Assembly (NCBI GenBank): GCA_030830205.1
Contig: JAURNL010000041.1
Location: 6,635-70,634 of the forward strand
Length of the DNA stretch: 64,000 bases
DNA from: Crocinitomicaceae bacterium
GTDB lineage: Bacteria; Bacteroidota; Bacteroidia; Flavobacteriales_D; Crocinitomicaceae
Reading direction: 5' to 3'
A program made the translations under genes and the position numbers. Below are positions 55,776 through 64,000 of this stretch, piece by piece. Position 1 is the first letter of the stretch, and every line of letters starts with the position of its first letter. The notes beneath the pieces are model-generated. The model did no database searches. It saw only the letters and a list, made by a program, of their open reading frames with translations, and was not told where the DNA came from.

Positions 55776-56745
55776 AAAAAAACAACATCAAAGAATGGTC
55801 ATTCTCGGGCATGAAATAATGCCTGGTAAAGGCGTTCAACTCAATTTAGAAGTTGCACACTTACACACGCGTACCCCCATTCAGGTGCCTGTCTTCGTAG
55901 AACGTGCAAAAGAGGATGGACCAACTGTGCTGGTCATGGCAGGACTTCATGGAGATGAGCTTAATGGTATTGAAATTGTACGTCGCTTTCTACGTAAAAA
56001 ACTAAACAAACCTACTAAAGGAACAATCATTTGTCTCCCCATATTCAATATATTTGGTTTTCTCAATCTCAAACGTGAGTTGCCTGATGGCCGCGATCTG
56101 AATCGTAGCTTTCCGGGTTCTCATAAAGGGTCATTAGCGGCTCAATTTGCATTTCATTTTATGAAAGAAATTGCTCCTTATTGTGACTACATTATTGATT
56201 ATCATACGGGTGCAGCCCAACGCAATAATTTTCCTCAAATTCGCTGTGTTTTCTCAGATAATGAAAGTGTTGAATTAGCAAAAGTATTTAATCCACCCTT
56301 CATTTTACACTCAGGTCTGATCCCCAAAACATTAAGGGAAAGTATGGTCAAACGCAATAAAAAGATATTGTTGTTTGAAGGAGGCAAAGCAAGTAATATT
56401 GAGGAAAATGTTGTTGAGGAAGGTCTCAACGGCTTGAAACGGGTAATAGCATACTTGGGGATGCGCAACTACAAAATTGATATTTCCAAAGAACGCCAAC
56501 CAATATTTGCTGCAGAAAGCAAATGGATGCGTGCTCCGTCAAGTGGGATGTTTCAATGCTTTGTACCCAATGGCACCAAGGTGCAGAAGGGTGATATTCT
56601 AGCCCTCATTACAGATCCTTATGGTAAATATGAAAAGCAAATAAAGGCCAATCAAGAGGGCTATGTTATTTGTATCAATGAGGCTTCAGTTGTTTACAGG
56701 GGCGACGCTATTATTCATTTAGCCAAAGAAAAACAGGAGCATTAA
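55762..56745 (+). CDS. succinylglutamate desuccinylase / aspartoacylase (AstE/AspA) family zinc hydrolase
   Basis: [10 protein letters not shown] (H-x-x-E zinc site) and DLNRSFPG motifs, with no signal peptide. The ATG at 55762 overlaps the rimK 3' end by 14 nt. Confidence 0.8.
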   Translation: MSGVKKKQHQRMVILGHEIMPGKGVQLNLEVAHLHTRTPIQVPVFVERAKEDGPTVLVMAGLHGDELNGIEIVRRFLRKKLNKPTKGTIICLPIFNIFGFLNLKRELPDGRDLNRSFPGSHKGSLAAQFAFHFMKEIAPYCDYIIDYHTGAAQRNNFPQIRCVFSDNESVELAKVFNPPFILHSGLIPKTLRESMVKRNKKILLFEGGKASNIEENVVEEGLNGLKRVIAYLGMRNYKIDISKERQPIFAAESKWMRAPSSGMFQCFVPNGTKVQKGDILALITDPYGKYEKQIKANQEGYVICINEASVVYRGDAIIHLAKEKQEH

Positions 56746-56769
56746 TTTTATTTAATCAAAGTAGAACAT

Positions 56770-59208
56770 ATGAAGAACATATTCATTTTTATCATTGCTT
56801 TCATTCAGTGCACTCTTTCGTTTGTTGCTCAAAATACCTTCTCCCCAAAAGAGTTTTTGGGATATAATATTGGTGAACAATTCACGCGTCATCATCGTGT
56901 TGTGGATTATTTCTATGCTTTAGAAAAAGCCTTCCCCCAACAAATCAAGGTGACTAAAATAGGGCAGACTTACGAAAAAAGAGATCTTTTGCTTTGTTAT
57001 ATTGGCACCGCCGAGAACCTTATGAAATTGGAAGATATCCGTCAAAAACACATGACCCAAGCTGCTGATGAGCAGCTTGCAATTGTTTGGTTATCCTATA
57101 ACGTTCATGGTAACGAAAGTTCTGGTACAGAAGCTGCAATGCAAACGGCTTACCGTTTGCTAACGGATAAAAAAAGTTACTTGGAAAATACGGTTGTTAT
57201 TATGGATCCTTGTCTGAATCCTGATGGACGCGACCGCTATGTCAACTTTTATTACCAATATGGCGCAAACCCGATAGATAACCAGCGCTTTAGCGCAAGC
57301 CATAATGAGGCATGGCCAAGCGGTCGCCCTAACCACTACCTATTTGACCTGAATAGAGACTGGGCATGGATGACTCAAATAGAATCTGCTGTTCGGGTTC
57401 AACAATACAACCAGTGGTTGCCTCACGTTCATGTCGATTTTCACGAACAGGGTATTAATGAGCCGTACTATTTTCCGCCTGCTGCGGAGCCTTATCATGA
57501 GGTAATCACCGACTGGCAGCGTGATTTCCAAAAGGAAATTGGTAAAAACCACGCAGGCTATTTTGACAAAGCAGGATGGCTTTATTTCTCTAAAGAAATT
57601 TTTGACTTGCTCTACCCAAGTTACGGAGATACTTATCCAACTTACAGTGGTAGTATCGGTATGACCTATGAGCAAGGTGGAAGCGGACGCGCAGGACTTG
57701 CAGTGATTACCCAAGTAGGCGACACCTTGCGCTTAGCTGACCGCGTGGAGCATCATGTCACTACAGGGCTTTCTACGGTAGAAACCAGCGCGCGCAATGC
57801 TCAAAAACTGGTCGTTGAATATCAAAAATTCCGCAATGCGAAGACTTCCAAATACAATTCTTATGTGTTGCGTGGTACGAAGGCCAAGGTAGACCCTATC
57901 TTAGATTTGCTAGGCAAAAACAAGATCGATTGGCAAGTCATTACCACGGGCACGCAGGCAATCAGCACTAAAGGCTACCATTACAGTTCAGGAATGATAG
58001 AAGGTTTTAAATTGGAGTTCGGTGATATCGTCATTTCAACTCAACAAGAAAAAGGCACTTTGGTTTCGGTCTTGTTTGAGCCCCGCACCAAACTCTCCGA
58101 TAGTCTTACTTACGACATTACTGCATGGACCCTTCCGCACGCCTATGGTTTGGATGGATTTGCTGTAGAAGCTCAGCTCAAAGCCACGCCATTTGTTCTA
58201 GTTCAGGAATCTAAGTCAGATTTTTTAGCATCTGAGGGATTTATTGCCTATGCGGTTCGTTGGGAGTCTTTGCGCACAGCGCAGTTCTTAAATGCAGTTC
58301 AGCAAGCGGGTATAAAAGTTTATTTTCATGAGAAAGGCTTCAAACTCGATAACCAAACATATGCGCCCGGAACCTTGCTCTTGCTCACCGGTGAGAACAA
58401 GCGTCCCGATTTTCATGCAATCGTCAATGATTATACTGCTCGCTATGGCGTTGACATCAAGGGTCTGGTGACTGGAATGGTTGATGGCGGCCCTGACTTT
58501 GGTTCTTCTTCGGTGAAAATGGTGCCCAACCCAAGGGTAGGTATTCTTGCCGGAGACAGTTTTTCTTCACTAAATGTCGGCGAGATTTGGCATTTCTTTG
58601 AGCAGCAACTCGTGAAACCTGCTCACCTCATTTTTGAAGACGATATCGACGCTGCCTTGAGTCAATTGGATGTTTTGTTCGTGCCAGAGGGCGGTTTTGA
58701 CATTGCGGGCAATGATGCGCTCAACTCTTGGGTGCGCAGAGGCGGAACCCTAATTGTAATAGGTGGTGCCATCGATGCGCTTGCTGCCGACCAAGGCTTT
58801 GGTATCAAGCACAAAGAAAGTCAGGCTGGTGCAAACGCCCCAGTTAGCTATGGTAACCAAGATCGCGATCAAATTTCAGATGCCATTACCGGCGCCATTT
58901 ATCCATGTGTGATTGATCAAAGTAACCCAATGGTTTTTGGCTACGACTTTTACTACACCTTGCGCCAAGGCGCCACAGCCTACCAAATCGATGGCAAACC
59001 AGCATTCGCTTTGACTAAAAATGCTTCGGCTGTTAATGGTTTTGTGGGTGCGCGCGTCAAAGCACAGCAATCTGAAGCCCATATCGCAGGAAGTGTACCT
59101 TATGGCCGCGGTACGATTGTTTATTTCATAGATAATCCGCTCTTCCGCGGTTTCTGGGAAAGCGGCAAACTCATGGTAGCCAATTCAATCTATTTTGTAA
59201 ATCAGTAG
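56770..59208 (+). CDS. secreted M14-family zinc carboxypeptidase with a large uncharacterised C-terminal region
   Basis: Signal peptide MKNIFIFIIAFIQCTLSFVAQ. Zinc and active-site motifs are NVHGNESSGTEA, LNPDGRDRY and HVDFHEQG. About 450 further residues carry no motif I recognise. Confidence 0.8.
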   Translation: MKNIFIFIIAFIQCTLSFVAQNTFSPKEFLGYNIGEQFTRHHRVVDYFYALEKAFPQQIKVTKIGQTYEKRDLLLCYIGTAENLMKLEDIRQKHMTQAADEQLAIVWLSYNVHGNESSGTEAAMQTAYRLLTDKKSYLENTVVIMDPCLNPDGRDRYVNFYYQYGANPIDNQRFSASHNEAWPSGRPNHYLFDLNRDWAWMTQIESAVRVQQYNQWLPHVHVDFHEQGINEPYYFPPAAEPYHEVITDWQRDFQKEIGKNHAGYFDKAGWLYFSKEIFDLLYPSYGDTYPTYSGSIGMTYEQGGSGRAGLAVITQVGDTLRLADRVEHHVTTGLSTVETSARNAQKLVVEYQKFRNAKTSKYNSYVLRGTKAKVDPILDLLGKNKIDWQVITTGTQAISTKGYHYSSGMIEGFKLEFGDIVISTQQEKGTLVSVLFEPRTKLSDSLTYDITAWTLPHAYGLDGFAVEAQLKATPFVLVQESKSDFLASEGFIAYAVRWESLRTAQFLNAVQQAGIKVYFHEKGFKLDNQTYAPGTLLLLTGENKRPDFHAIVNDYTARYGVDIKGLVTGMVDGGPDFGSSSVKMVPNPRVGILAGDSFSSLNVGEIWHFFEQQLVKPAHLIFEDDIDAALSQLDVLFVPEGGFDIAGNDALNSWVRRGGTLIVIGGAIDALAADQGFGIKHKESQAGANAPVSYGNQDRDQISDAITGAIYPCVIDQSNPMVFGYDFYYTLRQGATAYQIDGKPAFALTKNASAVNGFVGARVKAQQSEAHIAGSVPYGRGTIVYFIDNPLFRGFWESGKLMVANSIYFVNQ

Positions 59209-59297
59209 ATGATCAAGATAGACCCTATTTATTTACGACAAGACTCCCTATTTTAGTCTAAAGCTACGTTATACGTTTAACCAATAATTTTATTGTG

Positions 59298-60194
59298 ATG
59301 CGACTACTTATATGCTTACTACTATTTTCTGGAATTTCTTTTGGTCAAAACTGGGCTCCCAACGGCGCTCAATGGCATTATTCGTATATTGGGTTTTTCC
59401 CTGGCTATGTAGATATCGCCTACACTGCAGACACAATTATAGATGGACAGTTAGCAAAAAAGCTGACGAAAACTTATCATGGATTAGGTTGGGGTATGGG
59501 GATTAATTCTTCAGAGTTTGGTGCCGAATATACCTATGAAGCCAATGGCGTAGTCTATTTGCGTTACCAAAATCATTGGGATACACTTTACAACTTCAAT
59601 GCACAAGTCGGTGAGAGCTGGCGCATGGCAAAACAACCATTGATAAGCAATATTATTCCTCCAAATAGCCGCATGAAAGTGTTGTCTACAGGCACCATGA
59701 CGATCAATAACGAGCCAAGAAATTATTTAGTCATCGACAGATGTGATTCTACTAACTATTCGTTTGGATTTTTACAAGATACACTTATAGAAAATATTGG
59801 CTTCATGCGTGACTACATGCTTCCTTACGACCAATTTGATGGTGCTGTAGACGCCAATGAAGGCGGACCATTGCGCTGCTATTCTCACTATGATTTTGTA
59901 ACGTATCAACCGATTTTTACAGAGGTTTGCGATTATATCATGGGTACAAATGAAATCAATGCCAGTGCATCCTTTCAAATTTACCCTAACCCAGTCTTAG
60001 ATCAAGTGAACATACCGGCTACTTATACAGCAGAATTTAAAACGTATCGCATTATTTCAACTGAAGGTAAATTAGTGCAATCGGGTCAAACATCTGAACA
60101 AATTGATGTAGCCAACCTTCCTGCAGGAAGCTATACGCTCCTGGTCGAGAACACGTCCCAAATTCGTTGTGCGAAAGTGCTGGTGCTGAGGTAG
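59298..60194 (+). CDS. T9SS cargo protein (type A C-terminal sorting domain), N-terminal domain unknown
   Basis: Signal peptide MRLLICLLLFSGISFGQ. The C-terminus FQIYPNPVLDQVNI...VANLPAGSYTLLVEN is the Por secretion tail signature. TAATTTTA lies 5 nt upstream of the ATG. Confidence 0.7.
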   Translation: MRLLICLLLFSGISFGQNWAPNGAQWHYSYIGFFPGYVDIAYTADTIIDGQLAKKLTKTYHGLGWGMGINSSEFGAEYTYEANGVVYLRYQNHWDTLYNFNAQVGESWRMAKQPLISNIIPPNSRMKVLSTGTMTINNEPRNYLVIDRCDSTNYSFGFLQDTLIENIGFMRDYMLPYDQFDGAVDANEGGPLRCYSHYDFVTYQPIFTEVCDYIMGTNEINASASFQIYPNPVLDQVNIPATYTAEFKTYRIISTEGKLVQSGQTSEQIDVANLPAGSYTLLVENTSQIRCAKVLVLR

Positions 60195-60197
60195 AAA

Positions 60198-62066
60198 CTA
60201 TCTGCCCCGCTTAGCTAACGCCTCATACACCACATGTTGCATATCGGTTCTGATGTTGAGGTCGCGGAGTTTCCAGTTGTCTTGGTTGGGGTGCACGCGG
60301 TTGGATAAGAAGATAAAGATCACTTTGTTTTTGGGGTCGGCCCAAGCGAGTGTGCCAGTAAAGCCAGAGTGCCCGAAAGATTGTTGTGAGGCTAATACAT
60401 CGCAAGTTCCACCACCATTTGCCGTTGGCCGGTCAAAGCCAGCACCCCGTCTATTGCCGGTATATTGTTGCTTGGTAAATTCGGTGTAAGTTGCTTCTGA
60501 AAAGAAATTCATCCCGGCCATTTGTCCTTTATTCAAAAATAACTGCATGACGTGAGCTAGGCTCCAAGCGTTTGAAAAGATACCTGCATGCCCTGCAATT
60601 CCTCCAAGCATTGCAGCTCCAGGGTCATGTACAAAGCCTTGAAGTGTTTGTTTGCGAAAAAGCTTGTCATTTTCAGTCGGTACAAGTTGATTAGCTGTGA
60701 AGTATTGAAGTGGATGGTAGCATATGCGATTGAGTCCAAGCGGAAGGTAAATATTGCGGCGAAGGTAGCTTGCTTGGCTTTCTCCAATGAGGCTTTCAAG
60801 TATGGGTTGTGTGAAATAATAGCAGAGATCAGAATACACATATTTTTTAGGGCCAAGTTGAGTTCGCATAATTTGCGCGTACATGCTGTCTTTGTAGTTT
60901 TTGTGTATAAACATGTCTTTGGCTACTTGGAGCGGGAATTCCTCAGATGGACTGCTCCTGTAAATACTGTTTTTCCATGTCCCATCACTTAGGGTGCGCT
61001 TGTAAAATGGAATCCAAGGGGTGAGGCCGGCCTGGTGTGCCATGATTTCTCTGTTTTTCAGAGCACCAAATGGGGTTTCCCCGGTCACTTCTGGTATATA
61101 AGACCCAATGCTCCGATCTAAGTCAAATTTACCCTTAGCATGTTGCTCCATTGCTAGTAGGGTAGAGGCGGCAATTTTAGTGACTGATGCGATATCATAC
61201 ATCGATTGGAGATTGATTGTAGGTGCCGTACTTTCATAACCTTGCTTGCCATAAGCCTTGTGCCAGATGATTTTATCTTCGACTGCAACCAAAACCTGAC
61301 ATCCAGGGTAAGCACCTGCGTTGATACCTTTTTGAGCAATGACATCAATTTCTTGTAGATCTTGACTGTTAAGACCAAGTTCTTCAGGAAGAGCAATGCC
61401 AAGCCGGCCATTAGCCTGAAGACCAACAGCATTTAAACCTCCCATGAGCAGTTGGGCCACTTGCTCGTGTGCAATTGGGTGGTTTTCGTGAGCAAGAATA
61501 ATTGCATCAAAAAGTGAGGTGTCAATGAGTTGGAGAGCATGTTTATCTCCAAAAAGAACCAAGATGTTTTGGTCCGTTTTGTTTAGAATTTGAGTTTGCT
61601 TACACGCCCATTCAGGAATGTGATTGTGCGTGGGTTTTTGTGCATGTAAGCTAAAAATACAGACTTTCGGATCGCTTAAGCCGTAGAACTTATCCAGCAT
61701 GGCAGAGATTTGGAGGGTGTCGGCATCAAAAGTTGCTATACGGTCTGCATAAAGCGCTAGGGTTTCGGTGAATACCGATGAATTACCACCTAAAGAAATG
61801 CATGCGATTTTATGATCTAGGCGACCAATAGGTAATACTTGCTGCTTATTTTGAAGCAGTGTTATGTATTTTCTGTATTCAACAGCTTGACGATTCTCTT
61901 CCATTGAATTCAAATCAGTAAAAGTCTGACCGATCCATTTGTTGGGAAGCTCGTACTTGAATTTGGACGAGGGTGAAAGTGATTTTTCCTTTGAATAAAA
62001 GTGGGTTAAGGTAAAGCCAAGTAATGATAATACCAGAAGAGATGAGAAGAGGCGCATGCGTTTCAT
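60198..62066 (-). CDS. beta-lactamase-fold serine hydrolase with an extra ~270-aa N-terminal domain
   Basis: S-x-x-K nucleophile motif DIASVTKI and the late box FGHSGFTGT. The signal/anchor is MKRMRLFSSLLVLSLLGF. The track start at 62075 is a TTG inside the -7 box. Confidence 0.8.
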   Translation of the reverse strand: MKRMRLFSSLLVLSLLGFTLTHFYSKEKSLSPSSKFKYELPNKWIGQTFTDLNSMEENRQAVEYRKYITLLQNKQQVLPIGRLDHKIACISLGGNSSVFTETLALYADRIATFDADTLQISAMLDKFYGLSDPKVCIFSLHAQKPTHNHIPEWACKQTQILNKTDQNILVLFGDKHALQLIDTSLFDAIILAHENHPIAHEQVAQLLMGGLNAVGLQANGRLGIALPEELGLNSQDLQEIDVIAQKGINAGAYPGCQVLVAVEDKIIWHKAYGKQGYESTAPTINLQSMYDIASVTKIAASTLLAMEQHAKGKFDLDRSIGSYIPEVTGETPFGALKNREIMAHQAGLTPWIPFYKRTLSDGTWKNSIYRSSPSEEFPLQVAKDMFIHKNYKDSMYAQIMRTQLGPKKYVYSDLCYYFTQPILESLIGESQASYLRRNIYLPLGLNRICYHPLQYFTANQLVPTENDKLFRKQTLQGFVHDPGAAMLGGIAGHAGIFSNAWSLAHVMQLFLNKGQMAGMNFFSEATYTEFTKQQYTGNRRGAGFDRPTANGGGTCDVLASQQSFGHSGFTGTLAWADPKNKVIFIFLSNRVHPNQDNWKLRDLNIRTDMQHVVYEALAKRGR

Positions 62067-62072
62067 TTGATT

Positions 62073-62103
62073 CAAAACTAGGTATAATAATGCGCTTTAC
62101 AAA
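62073..62103 (-). promoter_or_regulatory. putative promoter TTTG(62100-62103)-N19-TAGTTTTG(62073-62080), minus strand, 6 nt before the ATG at 62066
   Basis: The plus strand reads caaaacta and caaa with 19-nt spacing, a full consensus match. Confidence 0.5.
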
Positions 62104-62220
62104 ACGCAAAGTGTATTTCTGACACTTACTTCAATATAGTAAAAATCCCTTTAAAAATCAAATTTAGTTCTCCACAGTTATACAGAAACGATGTTTACAA
62201 AAAGCTAATATTTATCATGG

Positions 62221-62248
62221 TTTGAGGTGCTAAAGCATTGTAATTTTG
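62221..62248 (+). promoter_or_regulatory. putative promoter TTTG(62221-62224)-N16-TAATTTTG(62241-62248) for pckA
   Basis: Exact -7 box 26 nt upstream of the ATG. The spacing to TTTG is shorter than ideal. Confidence 0.4.
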
Positions 62249-62274
62249 TAGCTCAGAATACTAAATAAAGAACA

Positions 62275-63885
62275 ATGGAATTACACGGAAAATTCGGGAA
62301 AAATGCCGATCTAGCCGCTTCAATTGGTTTAGCTGAGACTGGAGATCAATTTTGGAACCTGACCCCAGCTGAACTCATCGAAGACTGTATTATTTTGGGA
62401 GAAGGCATGCTGACCGATACCGGAGCTCTAGCCATAGAAACCGGAGAATTTACAGGTCGCTCTCCAAAAGATCGCTTCATTGTTCGTGATGCTCTCACCG
62501 AAGATGCAGTTTGGTGGGGCGATATCAATATTGGATTTGAACCTGCTAAGTTTGATGCATTGTATGAGCGTATGAAAGCGCATCTGGCAGAGCAAGATCT
62601 ATACGTACGCGATGTTTATGCTTGTGCAGACCCCACTTTTCGCATGAATATCCGAGTAATAGCAGAACTGCCTTGGTCTAGTTTGTTTGCCCACAATATG
62701 TTTTTGCGTTTAGATGCAAATGAAATCGAGGACTTTATGCCCGAGTGGCATATCGTTTGTGCACCAAGCTTTTTAGCTGATCCAAGCATAGATGGTACGC
62801 GTCAGCACAACTTCGCCATTCTTAACTTTACCAAAAAAATGATACTTATTGGAGGTACTGGTTATACTGGAGAAATCAAAAAAGGAATTTTCTCGGCACT
62901 AAACTTCATCTTGCCACACCAAAAAAATGTCTTATCGATGCATTGTTCGGCAAACATCGGTAAGGATGGTGACACAGCTATCTTTTTTGGTCTTTCAGGC
63001 ACAGGTAAAACAACACTTTCCTCAGATCCTAATCGCCGCCTGATCGGTGATGACGAGCATGGTTGGAGTAACAATAGTGTCTTTAATTTTGAAGGTGGTT
63101 GTTATGCCAAAACAATTGATTTGTCGAGAGAAAAAGAACCTCAAATTTTTGATGCTATTCGATTTGGAGCACTACTTGAAAATGTTGGTTTTCCACAAGA
63201 ATCTTCTACCCCAGATTACAGCGACGGTAGCATTACCGAAAATACGCGTGTCTCTTATCCTATTGATTATATCGACAATATTGCAAATCCTTCGATAGGA
63301 GCAGCCCCAACCAACATATTCTTTTTGACTGCAGATGCGTTTGGAGTATTGCCTCCGATTTCAAAATTGACTAAAGAGCAAGCCATGTATCACTTCATGT
63401 CGGGTTATACTGCTAAAGTTGCAGGGACAGAAGTGGGTATAACGGAGCCTACTACCACTTTTTCTGCAGGTTTTGGAGCAGCATTTCTACCCTTGCATCC
63501 TGCAAAATATGCCCAACTACTTGGAGAAAAGTTAGAAGGAACTGGCATCAATGTATGGTTGATCAATACCGGTTGGACCGGAGGTTCTTACGGAGTTGGT
63601 ACCCGAATGAAATTAGCCCATACCCGCGCTATGATCACAGCTGCGCTTACGGGCAAGCTAAACGACGTAGCATTCGAACAGATGCCTTTCTTTGATTTAT
63701 CCTTTCCAACGTCATGTGATGGCGTTCCTGCAGCATTACTCAATCCACGCCATACATGGTCAGATAAAAATGCTTACGACGATACTGCCGCAAGTCTAGC
63801 AGCTAAGTTTGTCAAAAACTTTGAGAAGTTCGCTAAAGAAACCTCGTCAAGCATCTTAGCAGCTGCACCTAAAGTGCCAGCATAG
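62275..63885 (+). CDS. pckA: phosphoenolpyruvate carboxykinase (ATP)
   Basis: Kinase-1a motif GLSGTGKTTLS, with GDDEHGW and NTGWTGG motifs. Length is 536 aa. Confidence 0.97.
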   Translation: MELHGKFGKNADLAASIGLAETGDQFWNLTPAELIEDCIILGEGMLTDTGALAIETGEFTGRSPKDRFIVRDALTEDAVWWGDINIGFEPAKFDALYERMKAHLAEQDLYVRDVYACADPTFRMNIRVIAELPWSSLFAHNMFLRLDANEIEDFMPEWHIVCAPSFLADPSIDGTRQHNFAILNFTKKMILIGGTGYTGEIKKGIFSALNFILPHQKNVLSMHCSANIGKDGDTAIFFGLSGTGKTTLSSDPNRRLIGDDEHGWSNNSVFNFEGGCYAKTIDLSREKEPQIFDAIRFGALLENVGFPQESSTPDYSDGSITENTRVSYPIDYIDNIANPSIGAAPTNIFFLTADAFGVLPPISKLTKEQAMYHFMSGYTAKVAGTEVGITEPTTTFSAGFGAAFLPLHPAKYAQLLGEKLEGTGINVWLINTGWTGGSYGVGTRMKLAHTRAMITAALTGKLNDVAFEQMPFFDLSFPTSCDGVPAALLNPRHTWSDKNAYDDTAASLAAKFVKNFEKFAKETSSSILAAAPKVPA

Positions 63886-63927
63886 TTCCTCCTTTCCATC
63901 AGTCAACAATTTTGGAAAGAAAATAAA

Positions 63928-63945
63928 GGGCCGCATTTGCGGCCC
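63928..63945 (+). terminator. rho-independent terminator after pckA
   Basis: Stems gggccgc and gcggccc with loop attt, followed by TTTATGTTT. Confidence 0.7.
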
Positions 63946-64000
63946 TTTATGTTTGTGCTTAAGATAAATATTCCTTTCAGGAAGTTGAGTGCGATGATTC

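Noticed and set aside
1-64000. Search for CRISPR arrays, IS elements/transposases, integrases, prophage genes, toxin-antitoxin pairs or known defence-system genes
   Set aside because: None was found. No intergenic region exceeds about 200 bp, there are no spaced direct repeats, and every ORF over 80 aa is accounted for by housekeeping, envelope or hypothetical conserved-looking genes. The window reads as core chromosome.

Overview
This is a gene-dense 64-kb chromosomal segment, roughly 90% coding and low in GC, of Bacteroidota type. The phylum call rests on type IX secretion (T9SS) C-terminal sorting domains, gldF/gldG, SprB and PKD repeat proteins, and TAnnTTTG -7 promoter boxes. It is probably Flavobacteriales; I cannot name the species.

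I support about 61 CDS, one tRNA-Phe, six hairpin terminators and a set of promoter boxes. The content is mostly housekeeping:
- Translation: rplM-rpsI-rpsB-tsf, pyrH-frr, rpmE, tsaC, queG.
- Purine synthesis: purD-purQ, purC, purS.
- Other core functions: panB, coaX, metF, pckA, ruvB, lspA, dksA-like, lptC-like, pssA, kmo.
- Transport, secretion and signalling: a BtuFCD-like ABC importer, gldF-gldG, several T9SS cargo proteins, two TonB/CarboxypepD_reg-type outer-membrane proteins, two orphan response regulators and a GAF-PP2C phosphatase.

I see no rRNA, CRISPR array, transposase, integrase, prophage or recognisable defence genes. This is core genome rather than an accessory island.

The loci most worth a second look:
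1. A translationally coupled operon of a retropepsin-like DUF785 protein, the RimK ligase and an AstE/AspA-type deacylase (54463-56745), followed by a secreted 812-aa M14 carboxypeptidase. This could be a glutamylation write/erase module or an N-acyl-Asp/Glu peptide module.
2. A -7 box sitting only 3-8 nt from the ATG at many operon heads, which implies widespread leaderless or near-leaderless mRNAs.
3. An apparent gldF-gldG-DUF4340-PKD adhesin operon.
4. A secreted protein with a eukaryote-like VWD domain directly downstream of a response regulator.

All product calls come from motif and architecture recognition by eye. No searches were run, so family names need HMM or BLAST confirmation.
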